A stretch of 53,359 nucleotides of DNA. Origin: an uncultured Candidatus Hydrogenedens sp. Lineage in GTDB: Bacteria; Myxococcota; UBA4151. The stretch spans positions 1-53,359 of the forward strand of contig CACGMS010000004.1 of assembly GCA_902574205.1 (NCBI GenBank), read 5' to 3'. This document shows positions 1 to 10,421 of the stretch, in pieces. The notes below the pieces were generated by a model. The model saw nothing but the letters and a program-made list of their open reading frames with translations. It was not told the DNA's origin and made no database searches. Within the stretch, counting starts at the first letter, position 1; each line of letters starts with the position of its first letter. Both the position numbers and the translations under genes were made by a program.

Positions 1-2230
1 AGGATGGTCCTGTTCGTGCGACTCTGTGGTCGTTTGCAATGAATCTGCAGACTGCAACTCGGGTGCGATTTGCATGGAGGGTATCTGTCTTGATGCCTGT
101 AATAACGACTGCGATTGTGGAGACGGTTACACATGCGGTCCGGTAGGTGCATGTATCCCGGGCGTCAGTCAGTGTGTCGCTAACCAAATCCCGCTCTGCG
201 ATGGTGCTGATCTTGATAATGACCCCAGCAACTGCGGTGCTTGTGGTCGACAGTGCGTGTACCCCAACGCCTTTGGTCAGTGCAGCGACCGTGAATGCAG
301 CCTGGCGCGTTGTCGGCCTGGCTTTTACAACATCGATCAACGCAGCAGTAATGGCTGTGAATACAGCTGCACGATTGACATAACGAACCCGGAGGAGACC
401 TGCGACGGGCGAGACAACAATTGCGATGGACAGGTTGATGAGGGGCTGGAGTTGACGTGGTATCGTGACCAAGATCGCGATGGGGTCGGCGCGACCCACA
501 TTGCGGTCCAGTCGTGTCTGCGACCAGAAGGATTTGTTAGTGCCTCGGGTGACTGTGATGATGAGGACCCCACGCGTTTTCCCGGCGGCACCGAAACCTG
601 CGACGGTCAAGACAACGACTGCGACGAAGAAATCGACGAAGATGCGTTACGCCCCTACTACGTCGACAATGATGGTGACGGCTACGGGAATCCGAACAGA
701 AGTACCATTCGCTGTGCAGCGGCAGACGGTGAGGTCGAAATCGGAACCGATTGTGATGATAATGACCCCCAGCGCCACCCCGGTAAACTCGAAGTCTGCG
801 ATGAAATTGATAACAATTGCGAAATTGGTCTGACCGATGAACCTTATCTAAGCTTTTATCTTGATGAGGACGGTGACGGATTTGGGCGAAACGATAGTTT
901 GGTCAAAGCATGCCGTCGACCTGATAACTACGCCCTAGATTCTGGCGACTGCAACGACGCCTCGCCAGATGATCATCCCGATGCTGCAGAGCGTTGTGAC
1001 GGACTCGACAACAATTGCAACCAACAAGTCGATGAAGGACTCGCTCGTCAACCTTTGTATCCCGACCAAGATGGAGATGGGTATGGCGCCATTGGCGGTC
1101 AGATGACCGAAGCCTGTTTCGGAACGCCTTATTTGGCTGAAGGTCAAACCGACTGTGACGATGACGACTCCAGTCGCCACCCCAATGCTCAAGAATGGTG
1201 TGATGGTATCGATCAAAATTGCGACCAAGTTGCGGACAACAACCTCTCAATTCGTTCAGATCATTCGTTTGCAGTATCAACTGTAATTGGATCCGCTAGT
1301 CAGTTGCGTGCCGACGACAATGAGGTTCGTTGGCGTGATCTCCCTGAAGGAGCCAACTCACCAATTATGATGCGCCGCTCACTCGATGCTCAAAACAGTG
1401 AGGAAATAGTCAATGCTGGCGATGTCACTGCGCTGACGCTCAACGACTACGGTCAATCCAGTGGCCTCCTTGATGGTGCAAACAACCGGTGCCGCTTAGC
1501 AATTGCGGGCGGAGCCTGGCAAATCGTCGGGCCCGAGCAGTGCCGTCCGCTCGCAGTCTGCCCACAGCTCGATGTCGGTGCCCAAACCAGTTGGAATGTC
1601 ATCTTAGGCATTAGGCTCAATAACAGCGAAACCGCGGCGCTGTATACGATCGATCATCAAGCCCAAATGGTACTCACTACGAATTTGGTAACGGGTGATG
1701 CGATTAATCATGCGAGTTGCATCATCGACGGATATTTGGCGCTAAGCGTGGAACAAAATGGCCGAGATACGATCTATGCCGGACGACCCGTGCCATCCCA
1801 ACTTAGAGAGTACGATAGCCGAATTATTGCTCTAGACCTTCTCGCCAACGATCAAAATGGCGCATTACTGGCGCTCACTCGAGCAGACGGCGTCGTCGAA
1901 ATCGAAGCGCTCGATCATCGGGGGTCAAGCCAAGCTCGACGTACAGCAGTCGGAGCACCCAAAGTTGGTGGAGCCGCCCGTCTCATCGCAGCACCGAGCG
2001 GTGCAGTACTGACCTACCCTATTCTAGAGCCTGCATTTGAACGCGGTGTGTGGGCGACTCCGATTGCCTATGATACGACTGCGAGAGGGGCTGAACATCG
2101 AGTCAACCAAGATCCAGTCGACCAGACGGTTACGACAGCAACGCACAACCGAACACCGGGTATGGGCTCTTTGTACTATCTCACCGGAACAGGACTGCGC
2201 AGTGTCTATCTCGGGTGCGGGCCACCATGA
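1..2230 (+). CDS. Cys/Asp-rich surface protein with MopE-like putative metal-binding repeats (5'-truncated by window edge)
   Basis: Frame is open from position 2 (GGA TGG TCC TGT...), so the gene starts upstream. Repeated units Y.D.DGDG.G...DCDD.....PG..E.CDG.DN.C (5 E.CD..D..C cores) and a STIG1-like DPSNCGACGRQC motif, followed by a non-repetitive C-terminal domain. Confidence 0.8.
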   Translation, partial: GWSCSCDSVVVCNESADCNSGAICMEGICLDACNNDCDCGDGYTCGPVGACIPGVSQCVANQIPLCDGADLDNDPSNCGACGRQCVYPNAFGQCSDRECSLARCRPGFYNIDQRSSNGCEYSCTIDITNPEETCDGRDNNCDGQVDEGLELTWYRDQDRDGVGATHIAVQSCLRPEGFVSASGDCDDEDPTRFPGGTETCDGQDNDCDEEIDEDALRPYYVDNDGDGYGNPNRSTIRCAAADGEVEIGTDCDDNDPQRHPGKLEVCDEIDNNCEIGLTDEPYLSFYLDEDGDGFGRNDSLVKACRRPDNYALDSGDCNDASPDDHPDAAERCDGLDNNCNQQVDEGLARQPLYPDQDGDGYGAIGGQMTEACFGTPYLAEGQTDCDDDDSSRHPNAQEWCDGIDQNCDQVADNNLSIRSDHSFAVSTVIGSASQLRADDNEVRWRDLPEGANSPIMMRRSLDAQNSEEIVNAGDVTALTLNDYGQSSGLLDGANNRCRLAIAGGAWQIVGPEQCRPLAVCPQLDVGAQTSWNVILGIRLNNSETAALYTIDHQAQMVLTTNLVTGDAINHASCIIDGYLALSVEQNGRDTIYAGRPVPSQLREYDSRIIALDLLANDQNGALLALTRADGVVEIEALDHRGSSQARRTAVGAPKVGGAARLIAAPSGAVLTYPILEPAFERGVWATPIAYDTTARGAEHRVNQDPVDQTVTTATHNRTPGMGSLYYLTGTGLRSVYLGCGPP

Positions 2231-2299
2231 TTGGATTGACAGGTATTTTGCTCGATTTCATAAGCTTGTTAGAATCGAAGTCGTTAGGGGTAATTCCAA

Positions 2300-3112
2300 G
2301 TGGAATTTGAATTTTGGGGCGTTCGCGGTTCCGTTGCAGCAGCAGGAAGCCGTACCTCTAGGTATGGCGGCAATACCACCTGCCTCGAGGTAGACACACC
2401 AGATGGTGTGTTCATTTTCGATGCCGGAACAGGTATTCGAGGCCTCGGTGGGCGATTGCAAGATCGTGGAATCGCCCAATGTCGTCTGTTTTTCACTCAT
2501 ATTCATTGGGACCATATACAAGGCTTACCCTTCTTCACGCCGATGTATGACCCGGACTTCAAAGTCGAGTTGTATAGTGTCCCCCAGGTGACAGGTGCCC
2601 GAGCACTAGAAGAGACACTTCGAGCACAGATGAATGCACCAACATTTCCGGTTCCTTGGGACTACCTACAAGCTCAGCGCTCTTTTCATGATATTCCTGA
2701 AGATGGTGCCGAATTTGATGAAACCCGGATTGAGTGGTGCGAACTCACCCATCCCAATGGTGTGGTTGCCTTTCGCATCGAAAGTGGTAGCCACTGCATC
2801 GTGTTTGCGACCGATGTCGAGCATCCAAGCGAGGGCGCGGACCCCCGTTTGGTTGCCTTTTCACGCAATGCTGATGTCTTAATTTACGATGCGCAATACA
2901 CACCTGAAGAATACGCCACTCGTAAAAACTTTGGTCACAGCACCTGGGAAGTTGGAATCGAAGTGGCGAATAAAGCGGGTGTCGAACAATTATTTCTAAC
3001 TCATCATGACCCTTCGCATGATGATATTTTTCTCGATGAACTGCAGTCTACGGTCGAGCGAGCGCGCCCGGGCACACTGCTAACGCACGAGGGTTTAAGA
3101 GTCAGGCTCTAA
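2300..3112 (+). CDS. MBL-fold metallo-hydrolase (phosphodiesterase-like)
   Basis: FWGVRGS, YGGNTTC, DAGTG, THIHWDHIQG (HxHxDH), GHSTW and THHDP motifs. Confidence 0.9.
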   Translation: MEFEFWGVRGSVAAAGSRTSRYGGNTTCLEVDTPDGVFIFDAGTGIRGLGGRLQDRGIAQCRLFFTHIHWDHIQGLPFFTPMYDPDFKVELYSVPQVTGARALEETLRAQMNAPTFPVPWDYLQAQRSFHDIPEDGAEFDETRIEWCELTHPNGVVAFRIESGSHCIVFATDVEHPSEGADPRLVAFSRNADVLIYDAQYTPEEYATRKNFGHSTWEVGIEVANKAGVEQLFLTHHDPSHDDIFLDELQSTVERARPGTLLTHEGLRVRL

Positions 3113-3123
3113 AGGATTCAGTC

Positions 3124-4308
3124 ATGGATATCCAACAACGCTTAACTGCGATGGAACGTCTCGTCGAGATCGGCATTATGCTGACTGCAGAGACCAAACT
3201 CGACCGTCTGCTTGATAATATCATCAGCGAGGCACGATCTCTGCTGAACGTCGATGGTGCGACCATCTATCTGATCCATAATGATGGTCTGCGCTTCCAA
3301 AACACGCAAAGCGCGAGTTTAGAGACGCGCATGGGCAGCGAAACTTTTCAGTCCAAAGTTGCACCTCATGTCGTGCCACTGACTCGCGATTCCATGGTGG
3401 GCTATGTTGCGCTTGAGGGCGAGGCAGAAGTGGTCAACGATGTTCGGTCAATCGATCCCAAAAAACCCTATCGTTGGTCAGACTCGTTCGATGTGGCCAT
3501 GGGCTACCGAACCAAATGCCTGCTCACGTTACCGCTGAAACTCAATGACGGTAAAATCCTCGGTGTCTTGCAATTGGTTAACGCTGCGTCGGGAGCTTTC
3601 GACGAGGCCATGCTACCGGTAGCTCGCTCCCTTGCTTCGACGGCGTCCGCTGCCCTGGGCAACGCGCAGCTCGCTGATGCGTTGCGTGAGGCACGTTTAG
3701 ACACCGTCATGCGCCTGGGTATGTGTGCCGAGTACCGTGATAAAGAGACCAGCGCACACATTCATCGCATGGCTCATATCTCAGCACTACTTGCTCGCAA
3801 ACTGCTGTTAAGTGAGGTATTTTGTGACAACCTACTGCTCGCTGCGCCCATGCACGATGTTGGTAAAATTGGCATTCCAGACGCGATCTTACAAAAGCCT
3901 GGACCGCTGACTGACGCGGAATGGGAAGTGATGAAAACACACACGCTTATCGGTGGTAAGCTGCTCTCGGGTACCGACGATGTGGTTATGGCGCTCAGTG
4001 TTGAAGTGGCGCTTAGCCACCATGAAAAGTGGAATGGTGCGGGTTACCCGTATGGTAAAAAAGGTGAAGAGATTCCCCTATCGGGTCGTATCGTCGCCGT
4101 TGCTGATGTCTTCGACGCCCTGATGTCCAAACGATGCTACAAAGAGGCGTTCACCCTCTCACAAGTCAAAGAGATCATGTTTGAGGGTCAGGGTCAGCAC
4201 TTTCAACCTGGATTCGTCGATTTGCTCTTCGATAACATCGATGATGTCCTAGCGCTGTACACCAAATACAAAGACACCCACGATGAGCGTGAGTTGTTTA
4301 GCGGCTAG
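3124..4308 (+). CDS. GAF + HD-GYP domain c-di-GMP phosphodiesterase
   Basis: N-terminal GAF (GYRTKCLLTLPL...GVLQLVN); MHDVGKIGIPD, HHEKWNGAGYP and VADVFDAL motifs. Confidence 0.92.
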   Translation: MDIQQRLTAMERLVEIGIMLTAETKLDRLLDNIISEARSLLNVDGATIYLIHNDGLRFQNTQSASLETRMGSETFQSKVAPHVVPLTRDSMVGYVALEGEAEVVNDVRSIDPKKPYRWSDSFDVAMGYRTKCLLTLPLKLNDGKILGVLQLVNAASGAFDEAMLPVARSLASTASAALGNAQLADALREARLDTVMRLGMCAEYRDKETSAHIHRMAHISALLARKLLLSEVFCDNLLLAAPMHDVGKIGIPDAILQKPGPLTDAEWEVMKTHTLIGGKLLSGTDDVVMALSVEVALSHHEKWNGAGYPYGKKGEEIPLSGRIVAVADVFDALMSKRCYKEAFTLSQVKEIMFEGQGQHFQPGFVDLLFDNIDDVLALYTKYKDTHDERELFSG

Positions 4309-4311
4309 ACT

Positions 4312-4875
4312 CTAAAACCACTTGATTGAGCAGCCCTGCACGGGTGTGGTTTGACGCTCTATGGGCTTGCCTTGCACCAACGACTGAAGAGTCGGCAACA
4401 AATAAGCGTTAGTCGCCTCTGCGGCGTTGCGCGGACTGTCATCAATCGTCCCATGCCACGCCAGCTTCCAGTTTGAGTCTGAGCGCGCGAAGATGAAGAA
4501 CTCCGGCGTCACTTGCGCACCGTAAGCACGGGCAGTTTCTTGAGTTGGGTCATGCAAATAGCGATAAGGCAGAGTACTCGCACGCTCCTGCATACGCTCA
4601 TAACTATCCTGCGGATACCGCTCCGCATCGTTCGAACAGATGCCCACCCAGGCGATGCTCTCGCCAGTGAGGGCAGAGACGACCGCTCGAAGTCGTTCAT
4701 CGCTACCTAGAACATAGGGGCAGTGATTGCAGGTGAACTGCACAACTAACCAATCATGATCGGCAAAGCTCTCAAGGGTACAGGTTTCACCCGATGTATC
4801 CAAAAGCTCGAAGGCTGGCGCTGTGGCACCAATCGAAATGCTGTTCGAAAAATCTTCCGTGATCATAAATGACAA
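4312..4875 (-). CDS. Thioredoxin family protein (AhpC/TSA-like)
   Basis: APAFELLD, FTCNHCPYV, AYGAQVTPEFF, GTIDD and GCSIKW motifs. Confidence 0.9.
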   Translation of the reverse strand: MSFMITEDFSNSISIGATAPAFELLDTSGETCTLESFADHDWLVVQFTCNHCPYVLGSDERLRAVVSALTGESIAWVGICSNDAERYPQDSYERMQERASTLPYRYLHDPTQETARAYGAQVTPEFFIFARSDSNWKLAWHGTIDDSPRNAAEATNAYLLPTLQSLVQGKPIERQTTPVQGCSIKWF

Positions 4876-4957
4876 CTCCTCTGGCTATGGATTGGACAGC
4901 TTCGAGCCTGCAAATCAAGGCCTAGATTTTGACAGGTGCCTAACAAAAGTCATTTAA

Positions 4958-6478
4958 TTGCCGGTGGAGCCCCGCGTGAACAAGACGATTAACACCACCA
5001 ATGAAGCCTTGGAGCTTCGATCACACGGGCGCCGAAGTCTTGAGCTCAAGCTCGAGCACCAACTTGGTAAGAAGTCGAACCCTTGGTTTAGTACGCGCAT
5101 CCTCTTTTTCTTTCCTCAGAGCTTAGCGATGTCGGAGGACCGACTCGGTAGAAAGCGCTGGTATACCAATCTTCGAGCCTATCTGCGCCTTCATCCACCA
5201 GCCACTGAACTTCAAGAAATTGGAGACGAGACCCTTTACACCAAAGTGCGAGATGCTGCCTCTTCCGGGTATATTCGCGGCGAGAAGAAATCGAAAAATC
5301 TTCGACGTATGTTTCGACTTCATGCGCAACGATTACGCAATGCGGCGCGTCAGCGCGCGCAAGCGGTTGTGCGAACAATCGAGCACCAGAATCAAAGTTC
5401 AGCTCTTGAAAACGTCAATGAATTCGTCCTTCAACTCAGACATGCGCGTAAACCGCTTCGGCATGCGGGTGCAGAAATTATGGGGTCACCCCAGCGGAGT
5501 AAATTGGTCCGTCTCATCTCACGTTGTGATGAGTGGACCAGTCTCGAAACCAGTCACTATACCCTCCAGATCATGCATGTGCTGCAGAAGCGGAACATGA
5601 CCATACCCAAAGCCTGTCATGACCTGCTCGATACCGAAAACACGCTGCGCGCAGCTCGTGGCTATAGAAGTTCAACGATGAACTTACCCGATGATTCGAG
5701 TGAGTTATTGATGCGAGTCAGTCGCTTGAAGAAGCTTATGGGCTCAGCGCTGTACCTAGATTTAAGTGCGGAAAAGCCGAGCACGCGCGTTCAGGATTTT
5801 GCCTTTGCTGTGGCTGCCTCGGTCGCCATGCTTTGGGCCGTCGGCGCGCAACTTGCGACCTGGTGGTATGTCGGTAACCCCACCCAGCCGGACGCCACGC
5901 CCGGTACGATTTTAGCCTTCGCAGCCACTGCGATCGTGGCTTATGCGCTCAAAGACCGAATCAAAGAGGGGTTGCGCAGATGGTTTCGCAGCCGAATACC
6001 GGCATGGCTTTTCGATCGTAAACAGGTGGGGCGCGATGACGGCGAAGAGCTCGCTACCGCTCAGGAATCAACCACCTTTTTGGAGCTGGCCGAGTTGGAT
6101 TCAAAGGATCTCGAATGGTACCAGAGTAGTCATCCACTCGATATTCCAACGAACGTCATTTCGTACCAACGTACGACACACTTAAAAGCGGACCGCATGC
6201 GCGAGGGGCAACCCGACATGGCTGGGCTGACCGAGATTATCCGGTTTGCAGTCCGCCCATGGCTCACGCATATGGATAATTTACGCCAACCCATTGTGTT
6301 TAGAGATGACCAGCGCGCCATCCAGACAATCAAAGCGGTTCGTATGTACCCAGTCGTCGTGTTGATCGAACTCGATCAACCGGGCGCAACGAAACAATAC
6401 AGCTACCGGCTTTATGTCTCACAACGCGGTCTTGAGCGCATCGACCGACTCGATAAAGAACCTAGAAGCCCTTTGTAG
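4958..6478 (+). CDS. Hypothetical membrane protein (2 central TM segments)
   Basis: 506-aa ORF with two hydrophobic helices (FAFAVAASVAMLWAV; ILAFAATAIVAYALKD); no family recognised. Confidence 0.7.
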   Translation: MPVEPRVNKTINTTNEALELRSHGRRSLELKLEHQLGKKSNPWFSTRILFFFPQSLAMSEDRLGRKRWYTNLRAYLRLHPPATELQEIGDETLYTKVRDAASSGYIRGEKKSKNLRRMFRLHAQRLRNAARQRAQAVVRTIEHQNQSSALENVNEFVLQLRHARKPLRHAGAEIMGSPQRSKLVRLISRCDEWTSLETSHYTLQIMHVLQKRNMTIPKACHDLLDTENTLRAARGYRSSTMNLPDDSSELLMRVSRLKKLMGSALYLDLSAEKPSTRVQDFAFAVAASVAMLWAVGAQLATWWYVGNPTQPDATPGTILAFAATAIVAYALKDRIKEGLRRWFRSRIPAWLFDRKQVGRDDGEELATAQESTTFLELAELDSKDLEWYQSSHPLDIPTNVISYQRTTHLKADRMREGQPDMAGLTEIIRFAVRPWLTHMDNLRQPIVFRDDQRAIQTIKAVRMYPVVVLIELDQPGATKQYSYRLYVSQRGLERIDRLDKEPRSPL

Positions 6479-7133
6479 GTCGTATCCGCCGATCGCGCCT
6501 TTTGAGAATTCGCTTACCCAAGCGGCGGTCACGAGCGTCAATGTAAAAGACCATTTCACCTGGGCGCTCTGGGTTTCCGCTCAAGCGCAAACCGACGTCG
6601 ATCCGACCTTTCTTTCGGGCATACCAGACACTCCAAAAGCCGCCTCGACGCTGCTCAAGTGCACGCAGTTGATCGGCCCCGAAAGCTTTGGGCATTTCTT
6701 CTCGCATCTCATCAGGCTCGCCTAAGCGCTCCTGCATGACTCGACGGATCTCTTTGTAGCGAGGAATATATGGGGCACCCGTCGCCGGGTCCCGCGCTTG
6801 ACCTTCAAAATTCAAATGAATCACCACCCGATGCAGACGACGTCCTTCAAAATGGAGTTCGCGCAAAGCGGCTTCCGGCCAATCTTTATCTCGACACCAG
6901 TACACAGCCGTCTGTGACTTCCCCGTTCTCTGACGCTTGATACGGCGATGGTGCCAGTCAGTCATCCAGTTATGACGTCGTGGCGAAAGCTTTTTACACC
7001 CCTGTTTTCGCAGCCTCTTTTCAACGATTCTGCGTTGGCCGCCCAAGTGAACATCAAGCAAATTAAGGTTCGTATGGGCATCGCTTGCGCTCGGCAAGCC
7101 TAGCAGCACTCCAATGAAAAGCAGACGGTTCAC
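6462..7133 (-). CDS. Hypothetical secreted protein
   Basis: Likely GTG start at 7133 overlapping the upstream stop (GTGA); signal peptide-like VNRLLFIGVLLGLPSASDA. Confidence 0.6.
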   Translation of the reverse strand: MNRLLFIGVLLGLPSASDAHTNLNLLDVHLGGQRRIVEKRLRKQGCKKLSPRRHNWMTDWHHRRIKRQRTGKSQTAVYWCRDKDWPEAALRELHFEGRRLHRVVIHLNFEGQARDPATGAPYIPRYKEIRRVMQERLGEPDEMREEMPKAFGADQLRALEQRRGGFWSVWYARKKGRIDVGLRLSGNPERPGEMVFYIDARDRRLGKRILKRRDRRIRPTKGF

Positions 7134-7927
7134 TGCGCGCCTATTTTCTGACGCGGTTTGAGCATCATTGGGATGGTCGGCCACGTCGCCGGCCAAGTGA
7201 GCCCCTTACGTCGAGCTTGTCCCGGTTCAATATACAACAAACGGTGACCATTAAGGTCGCCGCCGCCGAGCAAGACCGAGAAATAGCCTGGCATTTGAAC
7301 GCCAACCGCTAGGTCGACCCCTTGGTCCAATAGTCTCGGATCAAAGCCCAACACAGGCAACCGCATAGTCTCGCCCGCTCGAACCAGTTCTTCGAGTCCC
7401 TTCGGCGTCGAAGCGGGTCCTTCAAACCAGGCAACCAATCCGTGGCAACCCGCTGGAGCTTTGCCTTGATAACCAACTAAGTTCACACCTCGTCTCGCAA
7501 GCGTCTGCCGAGCGCGGTCGAGACGATCACGCGCCATTGCCGAGTCTTGTGGGAGACACCAAGTGGTGCGTGCGGGTAATAAAGACACAGCCATCACCAA
7601 CGCTTCAGCAGCGGTCGGCGTCGTCGATAAGAGCCGACGATGAGCCGCTTTGAAGAACGGTGCATTCGCGGGCCCTACGCCGCCTATAGTCATCTCTCGA
7701 TTCGGCCATCGAGCGACAGCGGCGGCAGCGGCGGCAGGACCATAAGTCACCATCATCACGCGCTGTGGTACACTTCCAACCAATGCACGGTCAGCTTCTG
7801 GCTTGCCGGTTAAAGTCAACACTTTGGTACAGGGGCGAGCCGAAGCGGCGGCGGCAGCGGCATGCGTTGCGGCAGCTTGCGGATCGAGCAGCAATACCAT
7901 TGTCAAACACAGTTCAGTCAACGCCAT
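7130..7927 (-). CDS. Hypothetical exported protein, weak resemblance to ABC substrate-binding proteins
   Basis: Hydrophobic N-terminus; RLPVLGF...QGVDLAV segment; same orientation as the kinase-like gene upstream. Confidence 0.5.
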   Translation of the reverse strand: MALTELCLTMVLLLDPQAAATHAAAAAASARPCTKVLTLTGKPEADRALVGSVPQRVMMVTYGPAAAAAAVARWPNREMTIGGVGPANAPFFKAAHRRLLSTTPTAAEALVMAVSLLPARTTWCLPQDSAMARDRLDRARQTLARRGVNLVGYQGKAPAGCHGLVAWFEGPASTPKGLEELVRAGETMRLPVLGFDPRLLDQGVDLAVGVQMPGYFSVLLGGGDLNGHRLLYIEPGQARRKGLTWPATWPTIPMMLKPRQKIGAQ

Positions 7928-7965
7928 CCCCCAACGCTCATAAGATGCATAGTATCCTTGGCGAT

Positions 7966-10326
7966 CTACTTGTACGTCGGATCAGCACAGCAGCGAACCC
8001 CGAACTCCGGTTGAGCCACTCTGGGACTTGCCTGCAAACGGCCTCGACACCGCGACTGCGAGCCACCATGAGCGTAACTGCCGCCTTTGAGCGCAAACCC
8101 AGAGCCGTCCTTCGTCCATTCGGCCAGGTTACCGGCCAGCGCATAAATACGAGACGACGAACGGCACTTCTTATACTCGAGCGGAGCAACGGCATCGTCA
8201 CGACCATCTTCAAGAGTATTGCATCGTCCAGCGACGAACCGAGCTCCATAGGGAAAGCTTGAACCTTGAGTTCCCGAGCACGCCGCCACCCATTCGCGCT
8301 CAGTACAAATACGTTTGCCTTTGTTCTTACATAAAGCCTGCGCTTTGTACGCGTTAAAATTACCTTGTGGTGGACTGCGTAGATAGTTGGGATACTCATA
8401 ACGGTCGACACAGCTCACCACCGCCCCGACACGAACCAGCCCCATACCCTTGCGACAACTTGCGCGCCCCTTTGGCGGGACTGACTCTGGCTGGCTAACC
8501 TTTGCAGGCACAGGGACGGGCGCAGGCACAACTGAGGGCTCAGGTTCGGGTTCAGGTTCCCGAACCACAGGCTCCACAGCGACAGGCTGTTCGCCTTTCG
8601 CGGTCGTCTGATCAGCTGTCGAGCGTTCGGTTGCTGACTCATCAGGAGCACCGACAGCAGGAGCTTTGACTTGCCCGTTTGTCTGGTCCTTAGCGTCACG
8701 GGTTGCCTCATCGGCCGGCGGTTTCGCCACCTCTTCTTTAGGGATCACATCCAAAACTACGCCGCTGTCGGGCTTAGATTCCTGGAGCGCAGCAAGGGTT
8801 CGAGCAGCCAAGTCCTCATCGGATTCTTTGGTTGACGAGCTATCATCAATGGTCGCTTCTGCAACATCCGTATCCACAACGACGTCGCCATCATCATCGA
8901 GGTTAAGCGATGGCTCAACAGGCAACATGTCCACTGGCGATTTTGTCTTTGTAACTACCACTTGCGGCATCAATTTTTTCGCAGCAACAAAAGTGATTGC
9001 GCAAGTCAGTGAGGCGAATGCGGCGAACACGAACCACCGAGGCATTCGAGACTTACTAAGCGCCGGCTGCTCTGGATTCGAAAGGCCTTGAACCTGTCTC
9101 GGCGCAGGACGAGCTCGTAACGGCTTAGACGCCCCGGGCGATTTCGGTTGCGCCGGCGTGGCCGCCGTCGACTTTGAGGCAACTGCTGTGGGAGCGATGG
9201 TGGGATGTTTAGGCTCAACAGGATTTTTCGGTTCAATGTCCTTTAGCGGCGCTGTATGGATCGGCGTCGGCTCTTCGATCAGATTCTGAATGCCTAAGAC
9301 GTCTTCCTCACGGATCGACAACTCATCGGAGCTAGTGATCTCTGTCACCTCATCTGGGAACTCGTCGCCAATGACGTCTGCGGCGTCTAATGCGATGTAT
9401 TCGTCACTCGATTCGCTTTGGACACCAGCCAATCGAGCCGCTTCACGGAGGGCGGCTTCAATCGGCATGACCTCAAACAATCGCTCGGATGCTAAATCGG
9501 TATGAGCAGCTGTCAATACACCGGCGACGGCTGGATACTGCTCTCGAACTGCAGACAGCGCCTTGGCGCCAGGCTCAAGACCGCTCAGCAGCCACATGAC
9601 CAAACCCGCAATGCTGTAGACATCAGCACGCCGGTCCAAGTCCTCACGACCCTGAACGACTTCAGGAGCAAGCCATGAGACACCACCAAAGCCTTGACGC
9701 TGTGCTTCAGACCATAACTCCGGTAACATCCCCTCGTAGGTGCACAGGTCCGTCAGAACCACTCGATCCGGACACAACAGTACATTACCCGGATGAAGTC
9801 CACCATGTGGCCGTTCGCTCGGTAAGGTATCCAGTGCAATTCGGAGTTGTGAAACGAGTTCAGCCACATCATGAACGCGAGGAAGCTTGCCGCGCGTCTT
9901 TTGCACCGCTGCTAATGATGGAGCATCGATCAATTCGGTTACTACAAAACTACCGATATGCTCATCACGACCGCTGCGTTGAGGTGCTGCTAATCTCGCA
10001 CTCGTTAATGAGCGCGTCGATTCCATCCAAACTTGGAAGCGGTTGCGATCGCGTTTAGAAAATAGCAGATGGCGAAAAACCATCTTAAGCGCAACTTCGC
10101 GACCAGTATCTAAATCGGTGACGTGATAGGTCACGCCGAGGCGACCCACGCCGAGCGAGCGTTTGATCAAATAACGATCGGCTAGGCGCTGACCTGGTCG
10201 GAGCAAAGAACTCACACCTTGGCCCTCAACACCACTCACCTCGGAGCCCTTCTCTGTAGGCGCACTGCATTGCGGACAGATCTCCGCCTCCGCATCAAGC
10301 TTTGCTCCACACGCTAAACAGATCAC
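7966..10326 (-). CDS. Zinc-ribbon + Ser/Thr kinase-like (probable pseudokinase) + TM + FGE-sulfatase/C-type-lectin-fold domain
   Basis: CxxC..CxxC N-terminus; LGVGRLGVTY, VALK, HGGLHPGN, APE and DVYS motifs; Pro-rich linker; TM; C-terminal DRYEYP...RICTEREW...LAGNLAEW...KGGS...GVRCC. Confidence 0.85.
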   Translation of the reverse strand: MICLACGAKLDAEAEICPQCSAPTEKGSEVSGVEGQGVSSLLRPGQRLADRYLIKRSLGVGRLGVTYHVTDLDTGREVALKMVFRHLLFSKRDRNRFQVWMESTRSLTSARLAAPQRSGRDEHIGSFVVTELIDAPSLAAVQKTRGKLPRVHDVAELVSQLRIALDTLPSERPHGGLHPGNVLLCPDRVVLTDLCTYEGMLPELWSEAQRQGFGGVSWLAPEVVQGREDLDRRADVYSIAGLVMWLLSGLEPGAKALSAVREQYPAVAGVLTAAHTDLASERLFEVMPIEAALREAARLAGVQSESSDEYIALDAADVIGDEFPDEVTEITSSDELSIREEDVLGIQNLIEEPTPIHTAPLKDIEPKNPVEPKHPTIAPTAVASKSTAATPAQPKSPGASKPLRARPAPRQVQGLSNPEQPALSKSRMPRWFVFAAFASLTCAITFVAAKKLMPQVVVTKTKSPVDMLPVEPSLNLDDDGDVVVDTDVAEATIDDSSSTKESDEDLAARTLAALQESKPDSGVVLDVIPKEEVAKPPADEATRDAKDQTNGQVKAPAVGAPDESATERSTADQTTAKGEQPVAVEPVVREPEPEPEPSVVPAPVPVPAKVSQPESVPPKGRASCRKGMGLVRVGAVVSCVDRYEYPNYLRSPPQGNFNAYKAQALCKNKGKRICTEREWVAACSGTQGSSFPYGARFVAGRCNTLEDGRDDAVAPLEYKKCRSSSRIYALAGNLAEWTKDGSGFALKGGSYAHGGSQSRCRGRLQASPRVAQPEFGVRCCADPTYK

Positions 10327-10421
10327 TCGACGGCCTCTCTTCGCCCTGCATCATGTCAGAAGGACCGAGTTGGTGAAACCCGACCGATGACCTACCCGTT
10401 AATCTGCGCTCATCTCAGACG

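Noticed and set aside
7966-8480. Diversity-generating retroelement target (FGE/C-lectin domain)
   Set aside because: No reverse transcriptase and no template repeat with adenine-specific differences in the window. Mismatches in the 136-bp repeat are not A-specific either.
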